Below are positions 37,066-48,789 of a DNA stretch of 64,000 bases, one piece after another (positions within the stretch are counted from its first letter, which is position 1; the number at the start of each line of letters is the position of its first letter). The stretch comes from Squalus acanthias (Eukaryota). The stretch is from contig JASTWF010000036.1 in NCBI GenBank assembly GCA_030390025.1, positions 3,474,001 to 3,538,000 of the forward strand, in the 5' to 3' direction. The notes below the pieces were generated by a model. It saw only the letters and a program-made list of their open reading frames with translations, was not told the DNA's origin and made no database searches. Both the position numbers and the translations under genes were made by a program.

Positions 37066-37905
37066 GGGCTGGATTTTCTCAATGAGAAGCTTTTGGAGGC
37101 GGGACTGCTGCTTGCCGGCTCTCAATCCCGCCTCCATCAGCTTCTGGCCAACCAGCGGGATTTTCCCCTGATTGACCTTGTTAAGCCCGCCCAGCATGCT
37201 CAGCAGGCCAATTAGGGGGAAGTCACTGACAGAGCACGTCTGACGTGCCATCTGTCAAGATTTCTTGAAAGAAGAAATGTCAGCGTTTGACAGCTCTGTG
37301 AAGCTGTCAAACACTGACATTCTGTGTAGTTTGATGAGTCCTTGTGTTCAGGACTCATCAAACCTTTCAACTTTGCAGAAATCACCTGTCTGTTGGTTCA
37401 GAGGATCCAACAGCCAGTCTGTGAAATCTACAATGAAGATGTCGGGACTCCGGATCCACAGCGGCTGAAGGCTGTAGACAGAAACAAAGGTAAGTGAACA
37501 TTTTATAACTCTTAACACTCACCTTTCATACTTACCCCTCCACACTTGCACCCATCACTCACCTCTACATCGCACTTTCAGACCCCTCCGACCCCCGCAG
37601 ACCTCTTCGCCTCCTACACCCTGGCGGGGTTCTCCGAGGTCGGGAAGCCTGCACTTGGAAAGGTAAAATGGACTAATCCTATTTTCTGCCTGTTAACTAC
37701 CTGTTTTTGACAGATGACATGTCATACGTTGACGTGCTCTGCAACCGGCTTTCCCTTAATTGGCCTGCTAAGCCCGCTGGGCGGGCATAACAAGGTCAAT
37801 CAAGGGAAAATAGCGTGGGTTGGCCACAAATCGATGGAGGCGGGACATCGACCCGACAAGCAGCAGTCCTGCCTCCAACGCGCCCCCAGTCACAAAATCA
37901 CCCCC
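37066..37905. mobile_element. Harbinger-type MITE with ~200-bp imperfect inverted ends
   Basis: TSD TTG (or CTT). Ends GGGCTGGATTTT ... AAAATCACCCCC. 37066-37260 and 37705-37905 are inverted homologues. Confidence 0.85.
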
Positions 37906-38794
37906 TTGATCTCTCCCCATTCTCATTTCCATTAACTTCAGTCGGGAGAGATGTATAACAGGTGGCTGATCGATATCGCCCAAAGTCAAAGTTACCCCCA
38001 TCGTATCAAAGTCAGCTGTAAAACATCAGATGGCTGTCTGCATGTGCAGTGTTATTGAAAGCACACCCATGCAGAAAGACAAACTATTTAAGATAATTTT
38101 TCCTCTTTCCTATCTTGATCTCTGCAATGCAAAGAGGGTCAGAGACCTGATTCCAGGCCTTCCCCAATGCTGAAAGCAAAATACCCACTATAAGGTGTAT
38201 GTCTTTGGGATGAGACTTTAAATTGAGATCCCGCCTGCCTGTTCAGGAGGACATTATACATCCATGGCACTATTTGAAGAACAGCAAGGAGTTCTCCCAG
38301 ACGAACTGGTCAATTCGTCTCATTTGCTGTTTGCAGGACTTTGCTGTGTACAAATTGACTATCGTGTTTGTCGGCATAACAGCAACTGCATTTCCAAAGT
38401 AATTAATTGGCTATGAAGTACCGCAGGATATCCTGAGGATTTAATAAGTTTCTATATAAATGAAAATTCTAATTTTCTTATGAGAATGGCTCGGGAATGA
38501 TTTCCCCCTTCTGTCTGGAAAGTGCCATGGAAAGGCCAGGCACTTCCCAACAGCAACACACTGAGATGGTGAACTCCATTGTGTTTTGAATTGTCGGCAT
38601 GAATCCATGTTCTGCCACTTTGTGGTCCAGTGCATTGGTGGTCCAGCACACTATCGCCCCACTGCTCAACTTGCTTCTCTTGATATCCTCAGCATGGCGT
38701 TCATTCACATTGCGCGTAGCAGTGGAAAAACATTTTTTGTTCCAGTTTCATCTTTTGCATCTTGCCTCCACACTGCTCTTTTACATGTATACTG

Positions 38795-39545
38795 AACCAC
38801 ACTGTTCGCAACCTTGGTGTCATATTTGACGCTGAAATGGGATTCCGACCACATATCCGCGGCATAACTAAGACCACCTATTTCCACCTCCATAACATCG
38901 CCCGTCTCCGCCCCTGCCTCAGCTCATCCGCTGCTGAAACCCTCATCCACGCCTTTGTTACCTCTCGACTTGACTATTCCAACGCACTCCTGGCTGGCCT
39001 CCCACATTCCATCCTACCTAAACTTGAGGTCATCTAAAACTCTGCTGCCCGTGTCCTAACTCGCACCAAGTCCCGTTCGCCCATCACTCCTGTGCTCGCT
39101 GACCTACATTGGCTCCCGGTTAAGCAGCGCCTCGATTTCAAAATTCTCATCCTTGTTTTCAAATCTCTCCATGGCCTCACCCCCTCCCTATCTCTGTAAT
39201 CTCCTCCAGCCCCCACAACCCCTCGAGATATCTGCGCTCCTCTAATTCTGCCCTCTTGAGCATCCCTGATTAAAATCGCTCAACCATTGGTGGCCGTGCC
39301 TTCTGTTGCCTAGGTCCTAAGCTCTGGAATTCCCTCCCTAAACCTCTCCGCCTCGCTACCTCTCTCTCCTCCTTTAAGACGCTCCTTAAAACCTACCTCT
39401 TTGACCAAGCTTTTGGTCACCTGCCCTAATTTCTCCTTATGTGGCTCGGTGTCAAATTTTTTGTCTTATAATACACCTGTGAAGCGCCTTGGGACGTTTT
39501 ACTACGTTAAAGGCGCTAATATAAATACAAGTTGTTGTTGTTGTT
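38795..39545 (+). mobile_element. L2 LINE 3' end
   Basis: VRNLGVIFD...AETLIHAFVTSRLDYSNALLAGLP; tail gtgaagcgccttgggacg...ataaatacaag(ttg)n. Confidence 0.88.
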
Positions 39546-39989
39546 GTATAGTGTTGGACTTCTGCCAGTTTCCCACTTTGCACCTCTGGACTTGATCTTC
39601 TCTTTATGTTTCCAAACAGCAGAATGACACAACTTCTGAATATGTTGCTGTCCCTGTTCATGACAACAGCAAGATTTTAAATCGCAGAAACTATCCGCTA
39701 TAAGAAAAAATGCTGGGATCCAGTCATTTGAATTTTAGATGGATTTAAGGGAAGCTAGATAAACACATGAGGGAGAAAGGAATAGAAGGATATGTTGATG
39801 GGGTGAGATGAAGAGGGGTAGGAGGAGGCTCATGTGGAGCATAAACACCGGCACAGACCAGTTGGGCCAAAAGGCCTGTTTCTGTGCTGTAATATGTGAC
39901 TCATGGATCTGAAATAATATGCTTGCAACCTTTATTTTTTATTTGTGAATTATATTTTTCCCTTGGCATTCTCCATGTCGCTATACAAC

Positions 39990-40235
39990 ACAACACCATC
40001 ACCTCCAAGTTCCCCTCCAAGTCACGCACCCTCCTGACTTGGAAATATATCACCGTTCCTTCATTGTCGCTGGGTCAAAATCCTGGCACTCCCTCCCTAA
40101 CCGTACTATGGGAGTACCTTCACCAGACGGACTGCAGCGGTTCAAGAAGGCGGCTCACCACCATCGTCTCAAGGGCAACTAGGGATGGACAATAAATGTT
40201 GGCCTTGCCAGCGACACCCACATCCCATGAACGAA
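39990..40235 (+). mobile_element. LINE family B 3' end
   Basis: Homologous to about 3655-3880. Confidence 0.8.
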
Positions 40236-41129
40236 TAATTTTTAAAAAGTTCCCTCTAGCAGGTGACCTGCTCTCCGCCTCTGTCACTCCATGGTTACTA
40301 GCAGGTACACCAGGCCGTCCAGGTTCTTTCCAGTGAGGAAACATCTGGCCTCTACTCAGCTGCTCTCCACAGTGGCATGGCTGAAATCAGAAACGCACAA
40401 TGTGGAGAATCATATGCACAGGCTGCCATCCAGCTATTCCTTGACGCCCAACACACTTGCATGTTATGCAGCTGAGTCCAGTTGTTGTACAAGTATACAA
40501 TTCATTTCTATAGAACCTGCTGTGGCAACTATTAGTACCCTTATAGACAAGACAAAGTAGTAGTTCCACTAAACCTTGCTGGAAGTTGCAGGGAGAGTTA
40601 ATATTTGGCTAATGTAACAGCCTAGTATCAATACTCTGCCATCTCACAATTGCGTGCTTTACAACACCTGGTTTAAACATTAATTGAGTACAGAATGCTT
40701 CAAAGCTCCCATCACACATACACTTCGGTAATGCAGTGGCGTAGAACATGGGACAGCACACGTAGTTCCCCACACAGTGAGTTTTTTATATTTCTTCCAC
40801 ATTTCAATTGCACTTTTGAATCTGCTCCTATATCAAAGGCCATTGGAAATGGAGGTGCTAATTCTTCAACTGTAGCAGATTGATTTTGTTCCCACCCACT
40901 CTTCTCCCAGCTCCAAGCCACCATGGACAGCCCTCCCTTAGAACCCTTGGTAGGGAAGGTTTCTTTGTCCACCCCACACATTTCTACATGACTGTTGTCA
41001 CAGCTTCTCCTTGGTTGACTGGTCGGATAGACACTCCTCTCTCTCAAAACAACTCCGATGAGTTCTGGAGGAGAAGCCAGACTGCCAATGTCAATCACTG
41101 GCATTGGAACTCTATTGTCCCAGGCTGGA

Positions 41130-41420
41130 ATCATAAGAACATAAGAAATAGGAGCAGGAGTGGGCTATTTGGCCCTTTGAGCCTGCTCCGCCATTCAATA
41201 AGATCGTGGCTGATCTTCTACCTCAACTCCATCCTCATATCTCTTGATTCCCTTAGTTCCCAAAAATGTATTGACCTCTGTCTTGAATATACTCAACGAC
41301 TGAGCCTCCACAGCTCTCTGGGGTAGAGAATTCCACAGATTCACCACCCTCTGAGTGAAGAAATTTCTCCTCATCTCAGCCCTAAATGGCCGACCCCTTA
41401 TTCTGAGACCGTGACCCCGA
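41130..41420 (-). mobile_element. CR1 3' end
   Basis: cataagaacataagaaataggagcagg tail on the minus strand. Confidence 0.85.
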
Positions 41421-42084
41421 GTCTTTTAATCATTGGTGAAACTGAGAGCTTCAGGTTTATTTATTGCAATTCCTGCTGTTGCATCTACGTGAAATAGCAA
41501 GAAGTAATGATCAAGGTCTAAAACAATTCAAACTGAGTGCTTATAATATGAATGGATCAGCACGATACCCAGATTTAGCTCATTCCTATTCATCAGTGAT
41601 TACAGATTCAGTTATAATCCATTGATCCATCTTGGCTATCTTCTATTACTGGACAACAATGCTGCTTGTGTCTGCCTTCTCATGGTCTATATTAATTGGG
41701 CCCTGGTTTGCAGGCGCTTCATAGTTCATTGCATGTGTTAGGATTTAACCAGATTAGCACTATGATGCTAATCCTGCATGAAGAATGCCATTTTCACTGA
41801 GAAAGTGCTTGTGTAATAAGATTGAATAAAACGTCTGGAAACTAGACCAGGGTAATGCAGCAAACCCAAGGCAAGAGATGACGGTAGGGATCCGCATTAG
41901 AATAGGTTCAAGCGTTGGACTTTGGAGTTGGAAGGTTGGAGATTTTGATTCTTTGGATCAGAACCATGAAGTTCCAAGCTCTAGGGCAGCAAGAAAACCA
42001 GCCTTCTACACTCATTGTCAAGGTAGGCTGCCACCTTTTGCAAAGTCTCCAAATTGGACGATGGCAAGAGTTCCCAGCTGCAGC

Positions 42085-42295
42085 CTCTCTGTTCACGGCA
42101 TACTTTTCCAAGAGGCTATAAATTCCCAATGCACAGACCGTTCAAATTTATGACAGCCACAGGTGGACTGGGATAGGCACAGGTGGAAACTGCACGGAGG
42201 CAGGTTTCCAATTGAGTCAATGCAGTCACCCAGCTCCCTCATACCTGGCTGCAAATGCAGAAGTTGTTTGCTGGTATCAGCAGCAAGGCAAGGAT
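42085..42295 (+). pseudogene. Degenerate Myb/SANT-like DNA-binding gene of a Harbinger transposon
   Basis: Hand translation AYFS.EAINS ... TA(R)RQVSN*VNAVTQLPHTWLQMQKLFAGISSKAR fits the AWxxVxxxVNA...RTWxQxxKxFxDL pattern of Harbinger Myb/NAIF1-like proteins. Confidence 0.55.
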
Positions 42296-42399
42296 AACGG
42301 AGATAATTGTACTCACCTCTTGTGGACTCACCAACTCTGGCCCAAACCTAAGTTGGGAACTGCCACACACCCTCTGAGAGGTACCATTTGAAGCATTTT

Positions 42400-43420
42400 A
42401 TGCAGCCAGTGCCCTTTTGCACATACTCTCTTCCACCTTGCTTAAGCTGCAGTCAAGGAACGACAAACAGATGCTGGAAGTATCCAGACCGAGGTACTCC
42501 ACTACTGTTTAGGGGAGGAGGTGGGGGGTGCTCTCAGTGGGACCAACCGGGATGGATGCAAAGGATAGCCCTGTTCTCCTATGAGCCATCCACCTAGTGG
42601 TCCTTCTCCTTCAAATAGTGCAGACACCATGGAATACCGTAAATGGAAAGCTTTGTGGCTGCTTCCTGGATAACAGTTACTGATGTGCACAACGATGCTT
42701 TGGTAGTATCCTGAACCATAGTAGGATCTGCACTCTTTCTATTCATAGAACTCATTTGTTGATATAAGAGCCGTGATGCCTGACATGAATCTTGTCATTC
42801 ATGTGGAAATGACTTATGAAATAATACTGGGCGGCCTGCTGGTGGCGCTGTCCAGGGAGAGTATAAATACTCGGGCATGGGCCCAGCTTGCTCAGGACAT
42901 TCTTTAACAGGAACTATGAAGGACACAACTAGACCTCCATGTTGAAAAACAGTTGATTAAAGCTTTGTTTAACGCTTAGACCAACTGCCTAGTAGGTTTT
43001 CTTACATCAATGCCCACATAGGTGCCATCTACATTGCCCTGCACTTGGGGTAATCCTACCACCCAGTGAAGCTCTGTGCTCTTTCCAACTGATGCCGCCT
43101 TGCCACAAGAAACGTGATGATGGTGTTGCTCCTTGCAAACATGCCGATTGTTAGTTGTGTGCACAGTAGACTGACTGATGGGGCAGATATCTCCTGGTGT
43201 GGTTTTGAAGGATGCAGTGGCATGATGTGTTAACCTTCACATCTGTCAGAAGAGCTGTCCCTGTTCCAGATGTTGGTTGCAGGTTATCCTACAACAGAGG
43301 GTGTATCTGTGGGGCAGCGACTCCTTGTGAAGTGGAGGTGATGATGGCAGGTCTCCTCTAGTATGTCCAGGCAGCCTCTGTAAGCACTGGTCCCAGGGTA
43401 GCGATGGATACAGACCAAAT
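42400..43420 (-). pseudogene. Degenerate Harbinger/PIF (HARBI1-like DDE) transposase
   Basis: Collinear minus-strand blocks across frameshifts: HRYPGTSAYR..LDILEETCHHHLHFT; LL*DNLQP; VKV; SFKTTPGDICPISQSTVH; GLPQVQGNVDGTYVGI; YPGSSHKAFHLRYS; GWLIGEQGYPLHP. Confidence 0.82.
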
Positions 43421-45861
43421 GCCTCGCGTGTCATTGCACCTGGACTTGTCGGCCCCTCATGAACCACTCTTTCCCCATTTAAACCATGCAATGTGTTTGG
43501 GCTCCTTTAAAACTTCACTATTTTGTACGGTGGGATTTGAATGCCATGAGCAGCAACCAAGAATAATAAAGGAAAGCGTTGGCCGGAAAAGAAAACCCAA
43601 AAAGCGCAAAAATTACACAGAATTTACATCACAGAAACAGGCCTTTCGGCCCAACTGGTCTATGACAGACTACATAGTAAACCACACACCCCCGCCCAAA
43701 ATAGACTTTTACCAACAACTAAAACTCCCATCTCCCTTTGAGAAGCCTGCTAGAACAGGCCTGGACTCCGAATTCCCACATGCCCAATTTATATGGGTGA
43801 GGTGCACCATGGGAGCAGAGCCTCAGCTCATTTTAACATTAAACATGAGGTGGACCCAAGCCGCTAGCGAGGCCTCGTTTTATGGTTCTCCCAAATTGCC
43901 TGTTGGAAAATCAGGTACCCTGTGAATTGAACGTGTGAGGTTGGGTACCTCCCCGCCTCCCAGGCCAGCCCCTTGTTGTCTAGTTTATATCTTTAGAGTC
44001 TGAAACTGGTTCAGTAGTTACTCTATGCCAGAGATGTGGACACCAGAAGATTTTAGATTCCCAAGAGTCGACTAGTTATGCACTACTGGACAAACAGGGA
44101 TGGAGGTGGGTCAGTCACTATGATGCTAGGGATCAAATGCCCATCAGTCTCCCAGTGATCAGATGCATTCCATCATCCATTTGCCAGCATCTAGATGCAT
44201 GGCTATTACGAAGCTGTCAAGGATCAATTTCATATCCACCCAAGGCACTTACCCACAGTCCAAATGCTGGGGATCAGATGCATTCCCACCGTTCCACATG
44301 CTTGACTGGCCATAACTAGTATTTTGTTTTGAAGCCTTGCGTTGCTGTGATCTCGGTGGATCCAGGACGCCTTGTGATTTCAAATCCTGAGTACAAAAAA
44401 ATGACAGATTTGTTTGCGAGCCCCCGTTAAACAAATCCTAATGCAACTTCAAGATTTTCGACTTAGATTTAAGCCCTTACAATCCCATTAAAGTAACGCA
44501 TTGTTTTGAAAAAAGAATCCTTTGAGGCTGCTCTCTTAAGTGAATTATAAAACAAGCTACAGTCTGTGGATTTCCTGACGCTCACTGCAGCTTACAGAGC
44601 AACTGAGTAGCTTCAAAGCTTCCCTCTAACTTGTTGTGTTCCTGTTCATTTTCATTTTGTCTGTGCTTTTGTTCCAATTAATTTCAGCTCATCGGGTCAG
44701 TGCTGGTGATTTCAATTGTTGAGCCATGTATCTCCCGAATGTCAGAGGAAGGGCACATGGTAAAACCAAGCCAAGGTGGCAAACTGGTCATGTACAAGGC
44801 CTATTCAGACTTGAGCAGAAATACTTCTACAGATTAAAAGACAACAACTCTCAAGAGAATAGGAATAGGTATTGTGCTTATCTTAAGGTTGCCATCAGCG
44901 TAGTCATAAGGTCAGTGAAAAGGAAGGTTGTGGATAACTGCGGGAGCAATAGTAAAATCTGTTTTAGTTATGTTAGGAGTCAGTGGGCGATTAAAGGACT
45001 GCAGAGAGTCACTGAAGCATTCCTCAGAGCAGAGTCAGATGGACTCCCAGGACATGGTGGAGGTTTGCATCAGTCTTTACTCCTGTAGACTGTGTTCAAT
45101 TACCATTAATGCAGTGTGTAGTTGACACTGAAGTTGTTCATGTTAAAGTAGATGCAGATCTGACCTTGAAGAGAATAACAGGTCTTAAATCAGATCGAGC
45201 TGCTGGTCGAGACAGCATTTTCCCAAGGTTGCTTAAAGAGATGGAAATCGTGCTAAGTGAACCCTTTGCTCATATATTCAATAGTTGCTGGAATCTAGAG
45301 ATCGTTCCTGGTGACTGGAGGGAAGCTAGTGTTGTATGATAGTCAAAAAAGGCAATAAGTCAGAACCAGGAAATTATAGGCACATTAGCTTGACATTAGT
45401 TGTAGGAAAATTGCTAGAAGGGGTTATTAGGGATGCCCTATACGAGCACCTTGACAGAGAAGGGATAGTAGGGACAGGCAACATGGCTTCTGGAAAAGAA
45501 GGTCATGTCTTACTAATCGAGTTGAATTCTTTGAAGAGGTTACCAGGTTGATGGATGAAGGTAGCCTGGTAGACATTGTATATTTGGACTTTCAAAAAGT
45601 TTTTGGTAAGGTACCTCACAATAGGCAGCTATGTAAGATAGAGTCTGGTGGGATTGGAGGGCAGGTCCTGTGTTGGATAGGGAATTGGTTGCGTTCTCAT
45701 AGACAGTGAGTTGTCATTAATTGTAGCGGCTCCCTGTGGAGACCAGTTACTAATGGAGCCCTGCAGGGATCGGTATTAGGACTGTTACTTTTCACGATTT
45801 ATATCAGTGATCTGGATGAAGGTGTTAGGGGTACTGTCCATGAGTTTGTGGATGACACAAA

Positions 45862-46709
45862 GGGGGAAAAATTCAGTTGGTTGCACCTCCCGTTAGCGCC
45901 TTAAGAGGGCGCTAATGGGGCGCAAAGCATCTAGCGCCCAGGCGCGGCGATGTTTGCGCCGCTCACAAAATTAACTAGACATTTTGCAGCGGCGCTAAAC
46001 ACTACCGCAACACCCCGGTATCGCCCCGGAGCAGATATTGAGTGGCGCCCCCTGCCTTACCGCTGACGCTAGCAACGACAGGTTGAGGGGAGCGAATTGC
46101 AGTCATGAAGGGACTGGGGGAGCGCTATTTAAAGGCGACCGCTTCCTGCCTTTCATTGTTGGTGCCATTTTTGAACCACGCATTCTGAGAGAGAGAGAGA
46201 GAGACTTCTGGAGAGCTTCAACGCTGTGTGAAGGAGTTTTGGGTACTGAGCAGCACTTTGCAGGTTCATTTTGATTTGCCATTCCTTGTATCGATTTAGA
46301 AGAGACTGTGGGGGCTGCACTCTGAGCTCTTTCCCTGGTACTCTCCATTTTTCTTTACAGCAGATTTGATGTGTAGGTCTCTCCAGGCCGAGATTCATGG
46401 CTGCAATGAGCAGGATGTGGATGGAAAGCAAGATCAACCATCCCCTTTAAGAACTGGCCCGTGCCATTGTGTGTGTGTTCCATTGCTGACTGACATCACA
46501 TGAGCTTCGCCAGCGCTCTGAGGTAGCGCCTCGCTCCTCGGCCTTTGCGCCTTAAGACAGGTGTGAAGCGCCCGATTTAGCGCTCCAATCACCTCCAGGG
46601 GCGATAAAAGTCAAGTTTGCAGTCGGTGGCGATAATTAGCGCCAGGCGCTAATCTTTGCGCCCGGCCGATAATTGCGCCCCAAATGGGGCGATACTGAAT
46701 TTCTCCCCC
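45862..46709. mobile_element. Harbinger-type MITE, TAGCGCC-repeat family, complete
   Basis: TIR GGGGGAAAAATTCAG / CTGAATTTCTCCCCC (14 of 15 match). TSD AAA. Removal restores GAT GAC ACA AAG ATC (DDTKI). Confidence 0.88.
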
Positions 46710-46939
46710 AAAGATCTGTGCTGGTTTCAGAACCCTTGATGAAAAGAAAAGATTACAATCTGATCTAGATGCGATGGAGAAATGGGCCCATATTGGGCAA
46801 ATGAAATTTAATGTTGATAAGTGTAGTGTGATGCATGTTGGTGGGGCTAATGCCAAGCATGTGTTTACCATGCTGGGTTCTGAATTGAAGTCTGTTGAAA
46901 AAGAAAGAGACCTGGATGTAATAGTGTACGAGTCTCTAA

Positions 46940-47815
46940 GGCTGCGATTTTGCAAATGGATGCGGCTTGGGAGCGGGTCAGCTGGTTTCCGGGTTCCAGT
47001 CCCGCCCCCAACTGCATCCGGCCAACGGACGTGATTTTACGTCGATTGGCCTTGTTAAGCCCGCCCTGCGGGCTTGCCGGCCAATTAAGAGGAAGCCAGT
47101 CAGATGACATCATTTGATGACGCGTCATCTGCCGGTTTTCTTAAAGGGATTACGCACAATTTTATTTTGACAGTTGATTTCTCAGCGTCTGACAGCATTG
47201 AGGTGCTGCAAACACTGACAATGACTGTTCACAGGTGAGCTCTTGCACCCAGACTCTCCAATGACTCCCTCCATAGGCTAGAACAGATGGCAGCTGCAGG
47301 TGAGGTTACAGAAGCGATCTGTCACTGGTGAGCGAGTTTCTCCCAATGAGGTGGGACTAGACAGCCAATTCAAAACTTGTTACCTACAGAAAAGTGTAAA
47401 TGCATTAAAAATGATTTCCCCAACATTTTCTTACCTCTGAAACTCACCTGTGCACCGTTGGATCCTTCACACCACTTCTGCAGCTGTCATCAATGCAGAA
47501 ACACTCCAGCAGACTCACAACACGCCACACTTACCTGGCGTGGAGTCCGGACGTCGGGGAACCCGAGGCAGCAGCAGCAAAATTCAAAGAGCCTGCTAAG
47601 AAGTATCAAGTACCTGTTAACAGCCAGGTAAGTGGCTATAATCCTCTTCCCACCACTAGGTGTCGGGTCCATGCGCAAATCGGGGACCCGACACTTGGGA
47701 AGATTGATTGGAGGCGGGTTGACGGCGGGTTTCCTGCCCGGGCTGTCAATCTTTGCGATTTTAACAGCGGTCCCGCCTCCAATCCCACATTCTGAGGACC
47801 GGCAAAATTCCGGCC
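46940..47815. mobile_element. Harbinger/PIF non-autonomous element with canonical TAA TSD
   Basis: TAA|GGCTGCGATTTTGC ... GCAAAATTCCGGCC|TAA. Internal APRLSNDSLHRL (about 47245) resembles the start of the Myb-like ORF. Confidence 0.88.
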
Positions 47816-48399
47816 TAAATGTCCACGACCAGTGCGGAGAGCCTCTAACGGAAGCGAACAGGGCATTAGGATGTACAGGTAAAATACAAAGCCAAGAACA
47901 CCGTCGTGACCCTGTACAACAGCTTGGTTAGGCCTCATTTAGAATACTGTATCCAGTTCTGGCTCCTCACATGGTGGGAGATATAGAGGCCCCAGAAAAG
48001 GTTCAGAGGAGTGCTACTAGATTAACACCTAGTCTAAAAACTCTTAGCTATTATGATAGGCTCAGGGAGCTGGGTCTTTTTACCCTAGAAAAGCGTAGAC
48101 TTCGGATAGACTTGATTGAAGTATTTAAAATGGTGAGGGGACATGTGGACAAATTATTTGAATTAGATAAGTTTTTATTTCAATTAGATAAGTTTGTATC
48201 TGAATTAGTTAAGTTAAGGAGAATGAGGGGTCATGCATACAAGCTGTGTAAGCTTAGAACTAGGTTAGATGTCGGGAGAATTTTATTTTCTCAGAGGGTC
48301 ATTGACCTTTGGAATGGACTTATCCAGATGATGCACATTCGCTGCAAACTTTCAAAAGGGAGCTGGACTATTTCTTGGAGTAGGCTGATTTTTTTTAAA

Positions 48400-48745
48400 A
48401 TTCGTTCACAGGATGTGGGCGTCGCTGGCAAGGCCAGCATTTATTGCCCATCCCTAATTGCCCTTGAGAAGGTGGTGGTGAGCCGTCGCCTTGAACCACA
48501 GCAGTCCGTGTGGTGAAGGTACTCCCACAGTGCTGACTTTGTTGTCACAGTTTGGTACAACTGAGTGTCTCGCTAGGCCATTTCAGGGGGCAGTTAAGAG
48601 TCAACCACATTGCTGTGGGTCTGGAGTCACATATAGGCCAGACCGGGTAAGGACGGCAGATTTCCTTCCCTAAATGACATTAGTGAACCAGATGAGTTTT
48701 TACGACAATCCAGTATTTCATGGTCACCATTACTGATACTAGCTT
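48400..48745 (-). mobile_element. LINE family B fragment with internal deletion
   Basis: ggatgtgggcgtcgctggcaaggccagcatttattgcccatccc tail on the minus strand. Confidence 0.75.
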
Positions 48746-48789
48746 GCTATATTGCTGCATACCATATTGCTGCCTACAAAAGGTAGGTG

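Larger units (their letters stand above)
44725..48390 (+). mobile_element. Old CR1 LINE split by two MITEs
   Basis: Degenerate ORF2 (VPGDWREA, PGNYRHISLT, DDTK|IC, VYESL|NVHDQC, LFTLEKRRLR) rejoins across both insertions. Confidence 0.85.
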
